This document shows, piece after piece, positions 1-10,100 of a DNA stretch of 38,332 nt. The position numbers and the translations under genes are program-made. The stretch is taken from the UHGV virus genome UHGV-1370146, one strand, 5' to 3'. How positions within the stretch are numbered: the stretch's first letter is position 1; the number at the start of each line of letters is the position of its first letter. The DNA comes from a virus. The notes beneath the pieces are model-generated. The model saw nothing but the letters and a program-made list of their open reading frames with translations. It ran no database searches and was not told the DNA's origin.

Positions 1-705
1 AATCGCTCCGCCATAGCCATTATCAGTGATACCATTTAGATCAATGTTGCCGTCCAATCCGCCAGCTACATACGTGCTCGTGAATTGATAGATTGCTACC
101 CCATCCATACTTGGAAACACTGACCAGACTGGAGAAGGAGTAACGTTATAATTTGGATAAGCCGCCATCCACAATGAGTTTGGAAACTCGGCAAGGATTT
201 GCTGGTAATAGACGTTTGACAAAGTAAACGGCTTGTACGAGTAGTACATCGGCGTATAGCCCGCTTGCTTAATCCGTCGCATACCGTACAGGATTGTGTC
301 TGTATTTGCTTGTTTGTTGGAGCTTGCGCCATGCTCAAAATCAAGTGCCACAATGGAATTTTTAGGCGTTTGGATTTTAGGTAAGAAGTAATCCATCGTA
401 GTTTTAGCAATACTCATACTCCCCCACGTATCGTACCAGATGTATGTGTGAGCACGTTTCCCCTGAGCAATGGTACTTGCTACTTGGCTTTTATACGTCC
501 ACTGATCATAAAGACCGTTCGCATTATAACCGCCAATTTGACTGATTGAAAACCTATCATGAGCATAGCCAAACTTTCCCTGTGCTCCTTGGTATACCGC
601 CCAATCAGTTCCTAAGTCTCCTTTTGCAGCATCCACGCCAATTGGAAAAATTGGCAACAAAAAAAGAGCCACAATCAGGCTCACAATTATTTTTTTCTTT
701 TTCAT
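1..705 (-). CDS. Endolysin, GH25 muramidase family, with an N-terminal Sec-type signal peptide; the C-terminus runs off the window start.
   Basis: ATG at 705..703 with RBS AAGGAGG. The translation is MKKKKIIVSLIVALFLLPIFPIGVDAAKGDLGTDWAVYQG...YQFTSTYVAGGLDGNIDLNG, which carries GH25-like motifs. The frame stays open to position 1. The gene sits directly after the holin. Confidence 0.85.
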   Translation of the reverse strand, partial: MKKKKIIVSLIVALFLLPIFPIGVDAAKGDLGTDWAVYQGAQGKFGYAHDRFSISQIGGYNANGLYDQWTYKSQVASTIAQGKRAHTYIWYDTWGSMSIAKTTMDYFLPKIQTPKNSIVALDFEHGASSNKQANTDTILYGMRRIKQAGYTPMYYSYKPFTLSNVYYQQILAEFPNSLWMAAYPNYNVTPSPVWSVFPSMDGVAIYQFTSTYVAGGLDGNIDLNGITDNGYGGAI

Positions 706-1101
706 TTAGTCCTCCTTGTTGGTTTGGTCAGATTTGAAACTGTCTAAAAATCGTTGAAACAAATCAGTCGTACCGCCCAACTTTTGATAATTTTCTAAGA
801 TGGATTTCAATTCCATTAGTAAGTAACCCACATAGAGCGTATACAACAAAGCTGTTCCTGCCGCTCCTGGTACGATTACTGACAAAGGAATGAAAAACAT
901 CAACAGAATTACGCTTACTATCTTTCTCAAAATACCATTAATCCCAACCTTTGACTTGAACTCAATGTCCGGATTAACCTTTGCTGCAATTGTTCCTGAT
1001 AAAAAGTCAATCACCATTGCTCCGCATATCAACATTAATACAAATAAAATTTTCTGATCCTCGGTTTCCAAAAAGTGTCTAAAATAATCGAACATATCCA
1101 T
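706..1101 (-). CDS. Holin, a small protein with 2-3 TM segments
   Basis: Likely start MDMFDYF... with RBS GGAAGG upstream. There are two or three hydrophobic segments and a charged C-terminus. The stop abuts the lysin start. Confidence 0.75.
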   Translation of the reverse strand: MDMFDYFRHFLETEDQKILFVLMLICGAMVIDFLSGTIAAKVNPDIEFKSKVGINGILRKIVSVILLMFFIPLSVIVPGAAGTALLYTLYVGYLLMELKSILENYQKLGGTTDLFQRFLDSFKSDQTNKED

Positions 1102-1173
1102 TGGTCCGCCTTCCTTTCGATAATAAAAAAAGAACACCCACAAGTGCTCTAGTACAATTCAAACATAAGTTTA

Positions 1174-3777
1174 TTAATGTAAGTCATAGGTGAAACTACC
1201 GTTTACCCACAAGTTCCTTACACCCCAATCTAATCCAACAATAATATCTCCGGCTCCTCCGCTATTAACCTTACCAAAAACATCAACAGTAGCATAGGAT
1301 GCCCCATTAGACGTTCTCACCGTACATGAGTGCCAGCTGTTATATAGTGGGGTGGCCCATGCTGGTAAAATCATAATTCTCTTATTTTTATCATTTACTC
1401 CACCAGAAAGTGTAAAAGTGACTCTTGCAACCCCCTGTGAAACTTCTTCCACAAATGGTTTTCTCAGAAGTCCGCCAGAGTTATAAATGAAACCATTGTC
1501 CAAACTTAATTCACTCCATCGCAAATCACCGCTACGACTGTCGGTTGTAATAATGTCGACACCTTTATCTTTCAAAGGTTGAAACGCTTCGTCTGGTGCT
1601 GTCCAAACATTGAATTGTAGTCCATTATCATGGAATTTTTGAGCCATTTCTTTTGTGACTGTTGCATGGTTGTATGCTACATCAGCTGACATTCTCAATC
1701 TGATACATTCATTCAATTCTGTTTGAGTAACAGAATTTAAGACCCAAGCAAGTTCAATTTCGTTGGACATATTTCTAAGTCGTTCTAATATTGATTTATC
1801 AAATGAAATTACGACACATCCATCATTAAGCACCTTATAATGGTTTAGAATAGCCATGAATCCTTGAAGTTGAGCATCAGTGTACGCATTTGATTTTATT
1901 TCAATGAAAGGTACTCCACCAGCAATTTTACAGCATTCAATAGCTTCTTCTAAGGATGGTACAACCTTTTCTGAGTCGCTCAGGACGCTTACATTCGCAC
2001 CTGAATCAATTCTCAACGCTCTGATTTGAGCATAGGTAAATGAATCTACTCGACCTGTTCCATTCGTCATACGGTCAACAGTATCATCATGCATGACAAC
2101 CCAACGACTATCTTTAGTGATCCCGATGTCAAACTCTATAAAACGATGGCGAGAAACCGACTTAAGAGCTAACAATGAATTTTCTGGGTAATCAGCATTA
2201 TTTCCCCTGTGTGCACAATAGTTAACGTTATTGCTTAAATACTTAGATCTATTAATTACTTGTTTTTCATAATAACTTTTCACGCCAGCTGGTGTGACGA
2301 ATTTATTTGACGCTGATCCATTCGCGGCTTCATCAACCGTGGCTGTGGCATAGTTGTCAATATTACCTAAATCTAGGTTTGTTTTATTGAAATCACTTAC
2401 CTTGACCAATTGAGTATCTGCATCGGCTTTTGTCAAAAATGTTTGATTTGTTTCTGTTTTTGAATAAGCACCGGCTTGACTAGCTGTCACACTGTGTGGG
2501 TTATCTTTCCTCATGACAAAATCTTGAAAATCTTTTAAATTAGCCTTCAACGCCAAATCGTTCTCATTAGCAAAACCTGCTTGATTCAAAACAGTCAATG
2601 GATTCAACGATACTTTTAGCTGAACACCAATATAATCTACATTGATATTTGCAGCAGTGACGCCATTAGAGCTATCACAATAAACAAGTACGTTAATAAA
2701 ACCTTTTGAGTCAATGAAATTACTGTCATTGACTTCAACCGTGAAATCTGTGAACTCTGTTGCATCTCCTTGAATCTTAGTCGTATAGGTATCTGTAGAT
2801 TCAAGATACAATGCAACTTTTAAGTTTTTGTTGTTCGGTGAAGATGCTTTTGCTCGGATCGTCAATGAAATAGAGATAAAGTTATCCTTCATATATTTGA
2901 CTTTCTCAGCTAAAGTCATCCCTTCAAAAATCCTCGGCGCTAATTGTTCAATAGCTTTGACTGTATCAGCTTTATCTAAAAGTTGAGGAATTACACTTCC
3001 TTGGCTTGATCCAATCGAAACACCAGAATCATCACGACCTACCAACTTATTATAATTTTCTTGGCTAATTTCAGTCCAAGTTGCACTTGGTTTTTTCAGG
3101 CTCGTTGCTGTGTAATCCGTATAAGCTGAGTGAGGATTAACTAACGTATTACCTGCAACTTTACCAGCAAAATCCATCATCTTAGGGACATCAACTGGAC
3201 CGGAAAATAATTTGATCGCATCTGCATTCGTTAATCGAATCCCAAAGTCAGCAGCTAATCTGTTTTGCAGGGTATTTTGCTTAACACCTTGTGTATCAGT
3301 ACGTGCTTGGACAATTTCGGGATTGCTATCACCTGATTCCGCTACTAAATCGTCAAACTCATTTCGCAACGCATCAAATTCCTGTTTATTTTGATTTGCA
3401 CGGCCTACGGCTTGATTAGATGTGTCCACCGCGGTTTTTGAATCTGAGATAGCTTGGTCTGCTTTTTTATTTGCTTCTGTTCCGGCAGTTTCTGCAATAT
3501 TTTTTGCTTCTTGTCCGGCAGCTTCGGCAATGTTCGTTGCCTCAGTCGCCGCATTTGATGCCGTTTGTTTTGCTTCTGCTGCCGCTGTATCTGCTGTTGT
3601 CTTTGCAGCCTGTCCGGCATCGGTAGCAATCTTCTTAGCATCTTGAATTCCTTGATTAAGATCAACAGCGAATTGATCAACTTTTTTTGATGAAGTATTT
3701 GATAAATCAATAGCCTGATTTATTTTTACACGTCCGGCATTCAGTGTGTCATTTTCTTGAATATGTTCTACTGCCAA
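1174..3777 (-). CDS. Tail fibre / host-specificity protein with an N-terminal Ala/Thr/Glu-rich imperfect tandem repeat region and a C-terminal glycerophosphodiester phosphodiesterase (GDPD) domain.
   Basis: The C-terminal half contains CAHRGNNADYPENSLLA...FIEFDIGITKDSRWVVMHDDTVDRMTNGTG, which are GDPD catalytic motifs. The N-terminus has repeats of the form AAKTTADTAAAEAK/ATEATNIAEAAGQEAKNIAETAGTEANKKAD. TTG start with a G-rich RBS. Confidence 0.8.
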   Translation of the reverse strand: MAVEHIQENDTLNAGRVKINQAIDLSNTSSKKVDQFAVDLNQGIQDAKKIATDAGQAAKTTADTAAAEAKQTASNAATEATNIAEAAGQEAKNIAETAGTEANKKADQAISDSKTAVDTSNQAVGRANQNKQEFDALRNEFDDLVAESGDSNPEIVQARTDTQGVKQNTLQNRLAADFGIRLTNADAIKLFSGPVDVPKMMDFAGKVAGNTLVNPHSAYTDYTATSLKKPSATWTEISQENYNKLVGRDDSGVSIGSSQGSVIPQLLDKADTVKAIEQLAPRIFEGMTLAEKVKYMKDNFISISLTIRAKASSPNNKNLKVALYLESTDTYTTKIQGDATEFTDFTVEVNDSNFIDSKGFINVLVYCDSSNGVTAANINVDYIGVQLKVSLNPLTVLNQAGFANENDLALKANLKDFQDFVMRKDNPHSVTASQAGAYSKTETNQTFLTKADADTQLVKVSDFNKTNLDLGNIDNYATATVDEAANGSASNKFVTPAGVKSYYEKQVINRSKYLSNNVNYCAHRGNNADYPENSLLALKSVSRHRFIEFDIGITKDSRWVVMHDDTVDRMTNGTGRVDSFTYAQIRALRIDSGANVSVLSDSEKVVPSLEEAIECCKIAGGVPFIEIKSNAYTDAQLQGFMAILNHYKVLNDGCVVISFDKSILERLRNMSNEIELAWVLNSVTQTELNECIRLRMSADVAYNHATVTKEMAQKFHDNGLQFNVWTAPDEAFQPLKDKGVDIITTDSRSGDLRWSELSLDNGFIYNSGGLLRKPFVEEVSQGVARVTFTLSGGVNDKNKRIMILPAWATPLYNSWHSCTVRTSNGASYATVDVFGKVNSGGAGDIIVGLDWGVRNLWVNGSFTYDLH

Positions 3778-3788
3778 GTTAATCCCCC

Positions 3789-3956
3789 CTACGATTTGGA
3801 AATAGATTCAATCGTCATTTTTTGCTCAATTCGATCACCAAGCAAAATAAAAGAACTATCTGTGTTGTCGGATAGTTCCTTGAATAGTTCTTCTATTGTT
3901 TTATCCGTTTCAGCGGTGAATTCACCGCCATCGATTTTTTTTACTTTAATTTCCAT
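3789..3956 (-). CDS. Hypothetical small phage protein of 55 aa
   Basis: ATG at 3956 with RBS AAGGAG. It lies between Tal and the fibre gene. Confidence 0.45.
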   Translation of the reverse strand: MEIKVKKIDGGEFTAETDKTIEELFKELSDNTDSSFILLGDRIEQKMTIESISKS

Positions 3957-4158
3957 TGTCTTGTTCTCCTTCAGATACATCAAAAAGTTCAATCGCACAA
4001 ACATTTACTGGCCTGACCGTTAAACTATCCGTCAATTCAACAAACTTTTTTGCGTTAAAATTTCTTTCAACCTTAGTTTTTAGTGGTTTCAAATTTTCCA
4101 ACTCACCAAATACTTTCAGTTCAATTCCATTATCTAAAATAAGCTGCAATGCATACAT
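3946..4158 (-). CDS. Hypothetical small phage protein of 70 aa
   Basis: ATG overlaps the Tal stop (TAATG). RBS GGAGGA is 8 nt upstream. Confidence 0.45.
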   Translation of the reverse strand: MYALQLILDNGIELKVFGELENLKPLKTKVERNFNAKKFVELTDSLTVRPVNVCAIELFDVSEGEQDNGN

Positions 4159-6173
4159 TAAAACTGTCCTCCTAGTTGAGATTGGATAAATACCCGACAA
4201 GTCACTTGCGCTTCTATCCGAGCAAGCTTGTTAGGTTTAATTTTGATTGTGTGGTTTCCACGTTGAATCTTTCCACTGGTTGTTTTTTTCAAATAATTCA
4301 CGATGTTTAAGCGATCCTGATTGATTTCGTGTTTCGGCAATGTAGTGCCGTCAACGATTATGTCAACGCTTGAAGCAGAATCACTAGCTTGAAAAATCCC
4401 CCATTCAAGCGGATGCGTATGTTCTGGTAGAACTACATTATGCTTGTGAGAGGGAATTTTAACAGTATGCGTGTGATTCGGTATAGATACTTGGTGTGAG
4501 TGACTAGGAATACTAACATTGTGAGTATGAGATTGAATCGTTATACCAAAACCATGGCTATGACTGGGTATTTCAACAGAGTGTGTATGATTTCCTGACG
4601 AACCAGCTGTCCTAAACGTTCCACCTGCCCCTTCAGCATAAAGAACACCGCCTCCACCTGCGACATACATAGCTTTGCTACTTGGTGGTGTCGGCCCTGG
4701 TCTAACGCTGAACATCAAATGATCGTGATTTCCGCCAGCACTAGAAGACCTCACAGAGCCCCCACCTGCATTCGTTGATCCTCCTTGATATGATCCGCCA
4801 CCTGCACCAGAAGTAGAAACACCTCCACCGCCGCTGGTTGTTGAACGGACAGACGCACCACCAGAAGAACTTGTTTGAGTTGACTGGCCACCTGCTTCAC
4901 TGGTAATTGTTTTCGATCCGCCGCCTTTAACAGCCTTCGTGTATCCTCGATAACGTTTCGTTTTGAAAGTCAATTCAACAGTATTCACATGAAACACATC
5001 GTCATCTAAGTAAAATTCGATTTCAGCCGGATAAGCTGACTCACAATTGTCTTGGTATGAGTAATTCAAGATATTTGTTGCACCTTGAGAATACGTTTCA
5101 TTTATTTGTTGTTTCCGGCCGAGATCTGACATAGTTGTATTGATGTCATCTTTTAGATTTCCCAACTCTAAATCAATTGATTGTGGTGCACCAAAAACGT
5201 CGGATTTTGCTTCTTTTTTTATCCGCAGGTTGAGCGATCCGTACTCGTTCGTGTTGATCATCACAACCGTTCCTTGCCGCAATTTATCAATCTCTAAAGG
5301 TGTGTCCGTCAATTTAATCAAATCTGCAGCAGCGACTTTCCAAGTTACTTTTGGAATCGACCATTTTTTAAGCATATTAGTAGCATTATCTTTTAGTGAC
5401 TGCGGCTGCGTGAATCGAAGATCCGTCCAAACATACTCAACAAGTCCATATTTCTTTATCGATTCTTTGTCTTCAACATATGGAACATTATTATTTACAG
5501 ACTTTATGTTAATTTGGTTTACGCCTTCTCCAGCACCGAGAGGATACACACGATTAACAAGATTGTTCGGATCAATATCTATTTCAAACCCTTCCATGTT
5601 ATAACCCTCTTGAATTCGGCAAACTGGTTCAGTTGGAGGTTTAACAAGTGATAGTTCAAATGGATAAACCTTTGTGTTCCATTCCCACAAATAATCTTCA
5701 TCAAAAGCCTTAGGAATTGAAAATAAGGCATCCGCTAATCCATTTTCGTTTTCCCATGCGTAAGAAAAATATCTAGTAAAATCACATCGTTTCAGAATCC
5801 AATGTTTTGTTTTCTGCTGATTCAACACAAAATTAATCACATCGGCTGTTTTCTTATTTGTAATTTCAAAATAACCGAAAAGAACGCTGTCTAATAGCGT
5901 CCCTAAAACATGCGTCGCTGTATATTTTATTGAGTAATTGCTTTTATCCTTTTTCACCAAAGAAGGCATAATACGATACAAACCGATGTATTCATTCTCG
6001 TTATCGGTCAATTCAACATATTGTAAAGCTTCAATCATAGAATTTTTAGTATCGTAAAGTGGCATAGAAAATTCAATCGATCCTATTTCATTTTCTATTT
6101 TTTCATAACTGACATCATAAGCATTTTCGAGGATAGCCGTATATTCTCTGCTTAGATTCATTGTCATTAGCAT
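4158..6173 (-). CDS. Tail-associated lysin / tail endopeptidase-like protein (Tal) with a Gly/Ser-rich linker and a C-terminal HxH repeat module
   Basis: 671 aa downstream of Dit. The N-terminal ~380 aa are typical of siphovirus Tal. There follows a GGGS-rich stretch, then seven-plus repeats of P-S-H-x-H: HTHSVEIPSHSHGFGITIQSHTHNVSIPSHSHQVSIPNHTHTVKIPSHKHNVVLPEHTHP. Confidence 0.8.
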   Translation of the reverse strand: MLMTMNLSREYTAILENAYDVSYEKIENEIGSIEFSMPLYDTKNSMIEALQYVELTDNENEYIGLYRIMPSLVKKDKSNYSIKYTATHVLGTLLDSVLFGYFEITNKKTADVINFVLNQQKTKHWILKRCDFTRYFSYAWENENGLADALFSIPKAFDEDYLWEWNTKVYPFELSLVKPPTEPVCRIQEGYNMEGFEIDIDPNNLVNRVYPLGAGEGVNQINIKSVNNNVPYVEDKESIKKYGLVEYVWTDLRFTQPQSLKDNATNMLKKWSIPKVTWKVAAADLIKLTDTPLEIDKLRQGTVVMINTNEYGSLNLRIKKEAKSDVFGAPQSIDLELGNLKDDINTTMSDLGRKQQINETYSQGATNILNYSYQDNCESAYPAEIEFYLDDDVFHVNTVELTFKTKRYRGYTKAVKGGGSKTITSEAGGQSTQTSSSGGASVRSTTSGGGGVSTSGAGGGSYQGGSTNAGGGSVRSSSAGGNHDHLMFSVRPGPTPPSSKAMYVAGGGGVLYAEGAGGTFRTAGSSGNHTHSVEIPSHSHGFGITIQSHTHNVSIPSHSHQVSIPNHTHTVKIPSHKHNVVLPEHTHPLEWGIFQASDSASSVDIIVDGTTLPKHEINQDRLNIVNYLKKTTSGKIQRGNHTIKIKPNKLARIEAQVTCRVFIQSQLGGQF

Positions 6174-6184
6174 GGCATCGCCTC

Positions 6185-7123
6185 CTACAAATACCTATTC
6201 GAATATTTAATTGTTAATCTAAAATCGCCATCTCTTCCTGAAACATAAAGTGGTTCTGAAGGATAGATATAAAAGTCATTCATTGGCCGTATCATTGGCC
6301 TATCGTTTTTAGTAATATTGAAAGTTTGAGTATCGATCTCAATTGTTGCATTATCGAAGTCGCCTAAATTGATCGTGTCACTTCGAGTTCGAATCTGAAC
6401 ATCACGTCCCATCCCCTCAATCGTGATTGAAGGTTTCACTTTAAGCCCCTCAACTGTTGGATATATCTCAAATGGCTGGGCCTCTTTCCCTGTATCGCCC
6501 ATTAAGTATCCTTGGTGCTGCCAAGTAATAATATCCGAACCCCAGTAAGCCCCACCTTCGAAACGCACTGCCATATTTACTGCACCAGAACCAGTATTGC
6601 CTAAAAGATAGTTTGCTTGGAATGTAATGATCTCGGAACCCCACATGACACTAGTGGCATCTGATTTGGTGTATTTATAAGGATCTCCACATTTTATTGT
6701 GAAACTACTTATACACCAGTTCACTCCTGGTTCAACTTTGTCTATCGTTGCTTTTGTTCCGCTGAATAGCATTTCTGGTTCATCGTTAAACCAAATCTGA
6801 ACCTCCTTTTCAGTAAACAAAGCAACATTTAATTTATTAAATTTATCTCGAAATGAAGCATCGTCTTCAGCTTTTAAATAATACTGAACGATGATTTCTC
6901 TTGCGGGAATTCTGTTGTAAACATGACGTTCACCATCACGTATACCAAGCTGATAATATTCGTTGTTTGTTTCAAAAAGTTCCCGACCCTGAACATTTAA
7001 TGTTCGATAGCCGGGAATAATATCTTCTAAAAATTTACCCCCGATATTCATTGCTTCGGTGGGCATTCCTTCTAAAGGAGAGGTCAATTGAAGTTCCATT
7101 AATGGAGAAATATTTTCTATCAC
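6185..7123 (-). CDS. Distal tail protein (Dit)
   Basis: 312 aa, positioned between TMP and Tal. Overlaps the TMP stop (ATGA). Confidence 0.7.
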   Translation of the reverse strand: MIENISPLMELQLTSPLEGMPTEAMNIGGKFLEDIIPGYRTLNVQGRELFETNNEYYQLGIRDGERHVYNRIPAREIIVQYYLKAEDDASFRDKFNKLNVALFTEKEVQIWFNDEPEMLFSGTKATIDKVEPGVNWCISSFTIKCGDPYKYTKSDATSVMWGSEIITFQANYLLGNTGSGAVNMAVRFEGGAYWGSDIITWQHQGYLMGDTGKEAQPFEIYPTVEGLKVKPSITIEGMGRDVQIRTRSDTINLGDFDNATIEIDTQTFNITKNDRPMIRPMNDFYIYPSEPLYVSGRDGDFRLTIKYSNRYL

Positions 7124-10100
7124 TTCCGTATCCCCCTCCGCCTGTCAGCTCGTTCTTGACGTTTTTGTAAAGCGAGTGCGATTTTATCAATGTCCGCTTC
7201 TTCTCTAACAACAAACATTGCACCATCATTCATTCCGCGATAATCGTAAATAATTGATTCTTTGTTGTCATACTCATTTGTATTGACATTTCGCTTAGCA
7301 GCTTCCTTTGCATACTTCATTGAAGCGTCATGAGGAATCACTTGTGAACCGGATGGAAGAACAACCATTTCTCCTCGGCCACCCTCATTCATTCGGGCGA
7401 ACCCGCCTTGGAAGGAGGTTGAACCAGATTGCAAATAAGGGATTGATCCAATTGAAACTCCTGGAATCTTATTAATTACATCGACTGCACCATTAACTCC
7501 ACCAATAACATCGTTAACAAATCCTTTCACCGATGAAACTAACTCATTGACTGCAGATCCAACACCGTCAAACACTCCGCTAACAAATGAAGTTAAACCA
7601 TTCCAAGCATTTTGAATTCCGTCAAATATGCCTGTAACAGTCTGACCAATTCCATTCATTACTTCGCTGACGATCCCCGCAGCAGAGTTAAATGCACTCG
7701 ATACAACTCCGCCAATTCCACCAATGACTCCACCAATAGCATTGAATATCGTTGACGTAAAATTCATTACTGTATTCCACGATCCTGAGATAACCGAAAC
7801 AACCGTACTAAAAACACCTGCAATAAATGCGATTATTGGTGAAATAGCGGCCATCATAGAACTCATAATTCCTACAATAAATGTAACGATAGGACTGACT
7901 ATTCCCATAATCGAAGCAATCACGTTAGCAACTACTGTAACAATCGTTCCGATTGTTGAGATGACTACTGTCACAACATTCACAACTACTCCAATAATGC
8001 TCGTGATAATAGGTAGCATTGTTTGAATTGCTGTGATAATTGCTTGAATAATTGAAATAAGCACAGGAGCCACAGCGGAAACGATATTCATTAATGCTGT
8101 TACGATATTCGCTATTACTGGTGCAAGTTGGGATATTAGTGTGGCAATAAGAGGGGCCATTGCCGAAACCAATTGCATAACAACTTGAATAATTTGCTTA
8201 AAGACAGCTGTTAGCTGAGATACTAAAGTCGTTATAACAGGCACTACAGAACTTACTATCTGAGTAATCGCTGTTTTTATCGCAGTTACTGCTGGAATAA
8301 ATGCTGCTACTACAGATTGAATCATGTTTGTTACTGATTCTCTAAACGAGCTACTTGTAGCCATTAGCTGAACAAAGGTAGCGATCAAACCAGCAAGTAC
8401 AGCTACCACAATTCCTACTGGCGAAAACAGTCCACCAACTGCTGTTGCTATTCCTCTAAGTATTCCGGATACTGGCAAGGCTCCTGTCGATAATTGAGCG
8501 AATATCCCAACTAATCTGCCGACAACACCAGCTGCAGAACCAGCTATTGAAGTTAACATTGGACCAATGCTAGTAAATGCTGAAACAATCAGTTTTGCCA
8601 CAGTCATCAATGGCCCACTCAGTTTTGTTGCTATCCCGGCAAATAGAGCTATGAACACTCCAATCTGTGGTTGGGTTTTACTGATTACAGGTCCGAGTAA
8701 ATCTCCCAAATAATTAAAAATACCTTTGATCGATTCGAACCCCGATTGAAGCATTGGTTTAGCTTTTTCAAAAACAGCTCCTAGTTTATCTCCAACAAGG
8801 CTGGCGAATGACTGAAGCTTTGGAATGACTTCTGAAATAAAACCAGATACAGTCGATTTAACGCTTTGGAAAACCTGCAGGACTTTCTCTCTAAATGCTT
8901 CGTTCTTGATCATAGCTGCGGCAAATGCAACTCCTAAAGCAACAACAGCTCCTATTACTAATCCAATTGGGCTTATTAAAAAACCAAAAGCTGAGACAAG
9001 TCCTCCAAGCCCCATAACCAAAGTTCCGACTATTACTAAGACTGGACCAAGCACAGCTAAAAGAGCAGCACCTTGAGCGATAGTTGACTTCATACTTTCA
9101 GGCATCTGATTAAATTTGTCGGCGACATCTCCAACCTTTTTGGCAAGCTCTGCAAGTGCTGGCGTCTGAGTTCCCATGATCGACATCACTAAAGCATCGA
9201 TCGAACCCATCATAGTTTCTGCGGCGGCTGATAATGTTTTTTGCATTTCTGCTGCTGTTTTTGATGCATCACTGTTTTTTTCGATAGCACTATTCATTTT
9301 GTCGTAGCCGTCAACACCTTCAGCCAAAAGCATTGCCATACCTGATGCCGCTTCTGTTCCAAAGATCGTAGCTAATGCAGCTGTTTTTTGGGCAGGAGTG
9401 TAATCTGCTAAAGAAGTATTTAGTTCCCCTATGATCGTTCTTAAATCTTTAAAATTACCAGAACCATCAACAGCAGAGAATCCAAGTTCTTCCATAGCTT
9501 CAGCTGAAGCTTTTGTTGGTTTTACCAATCGTTGAAGCCCCATCCGCATAGTTGTACCTACTTGGGAAGCTTCAAGACCTTTGTTCATCATGACTCCAGA
9601 AACTGTTGCTAAATCATTCATGCTAATGCCTAAGTTATGCGCTGCGGGAGCTGCATATTTAAATACGTTCCCCATATCAGCTACACCAGCGGCCGAAGCA
9701 TTGGCAGTTCCTGTTAATAGATCAGCGACCTTGCTCGCGTCTTTTGCTTCCAAACCAAAACCATTTAAAGCAGATGAAACAGTATCAGATACAACAGCCA
9801 AGTCTTCTCCCGAAGCTGCTGCCGCTGACAAAACGCCGGGCATCATTTCTATGATTTGTTTACTGGCATAACCTTTTGCTGCCATTTCTTGCATTGCATC
9901 AGCAACCTCTTGAGCATTTACAGGAAAATCTGCTGCTAACTGTAAAGCTGCTTGTTTCATCTTATCGAGGTTTTTACGTGATCCATCAGCTACTAAAGCT
10001 GCCTTGTTCATTGACTGTTCAAAGTCTGCTGTTGATTTGACTGCCTTAGCAAATGGCATAGTGATAGCAGCAGTCATACCAGCTCCAAGAGCAGCTGTTT

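Noticed and set aside
96-737. Track ORFs 96..410 (-) and 546..737 (+)
   Set aside because: They lie in alternative frames inside or antisense to the GH25 endolysin gene. They have no RBS, and the lysin frame is open throughout.
3420-3660. Tandem repeats checked as a possible CRISPR array
   Set aside because: The repeats are imperfect and contiguous, with no spacers. They lie in-frame within a long CDS and code for an Ala/Glu/Thr-rich coiled region. This is not a CRISPR array.
3212-3710. ORFs 3212..3394 (+), 3405..3710 (-, Q/R-rich) and 3422..3646 (+, A/S/V-rich)
   Set aside because: These are artefacts of the imperfect tandem DNA repeats in the N-terminal coding region of the fibre gene. 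They have low-complexity translations and no start signals.
5140-5604. ORF 5140..5604 (+) inside Tal
   Set aside because: It is antisense to a well-supported long CDS and has no RBS.
7035-7229. ORF 7035..7229 (-)
   Set aside because: It is an alternative frame across the TMP/Dit junction, which is explained by the ATGA overlap of the real genes.
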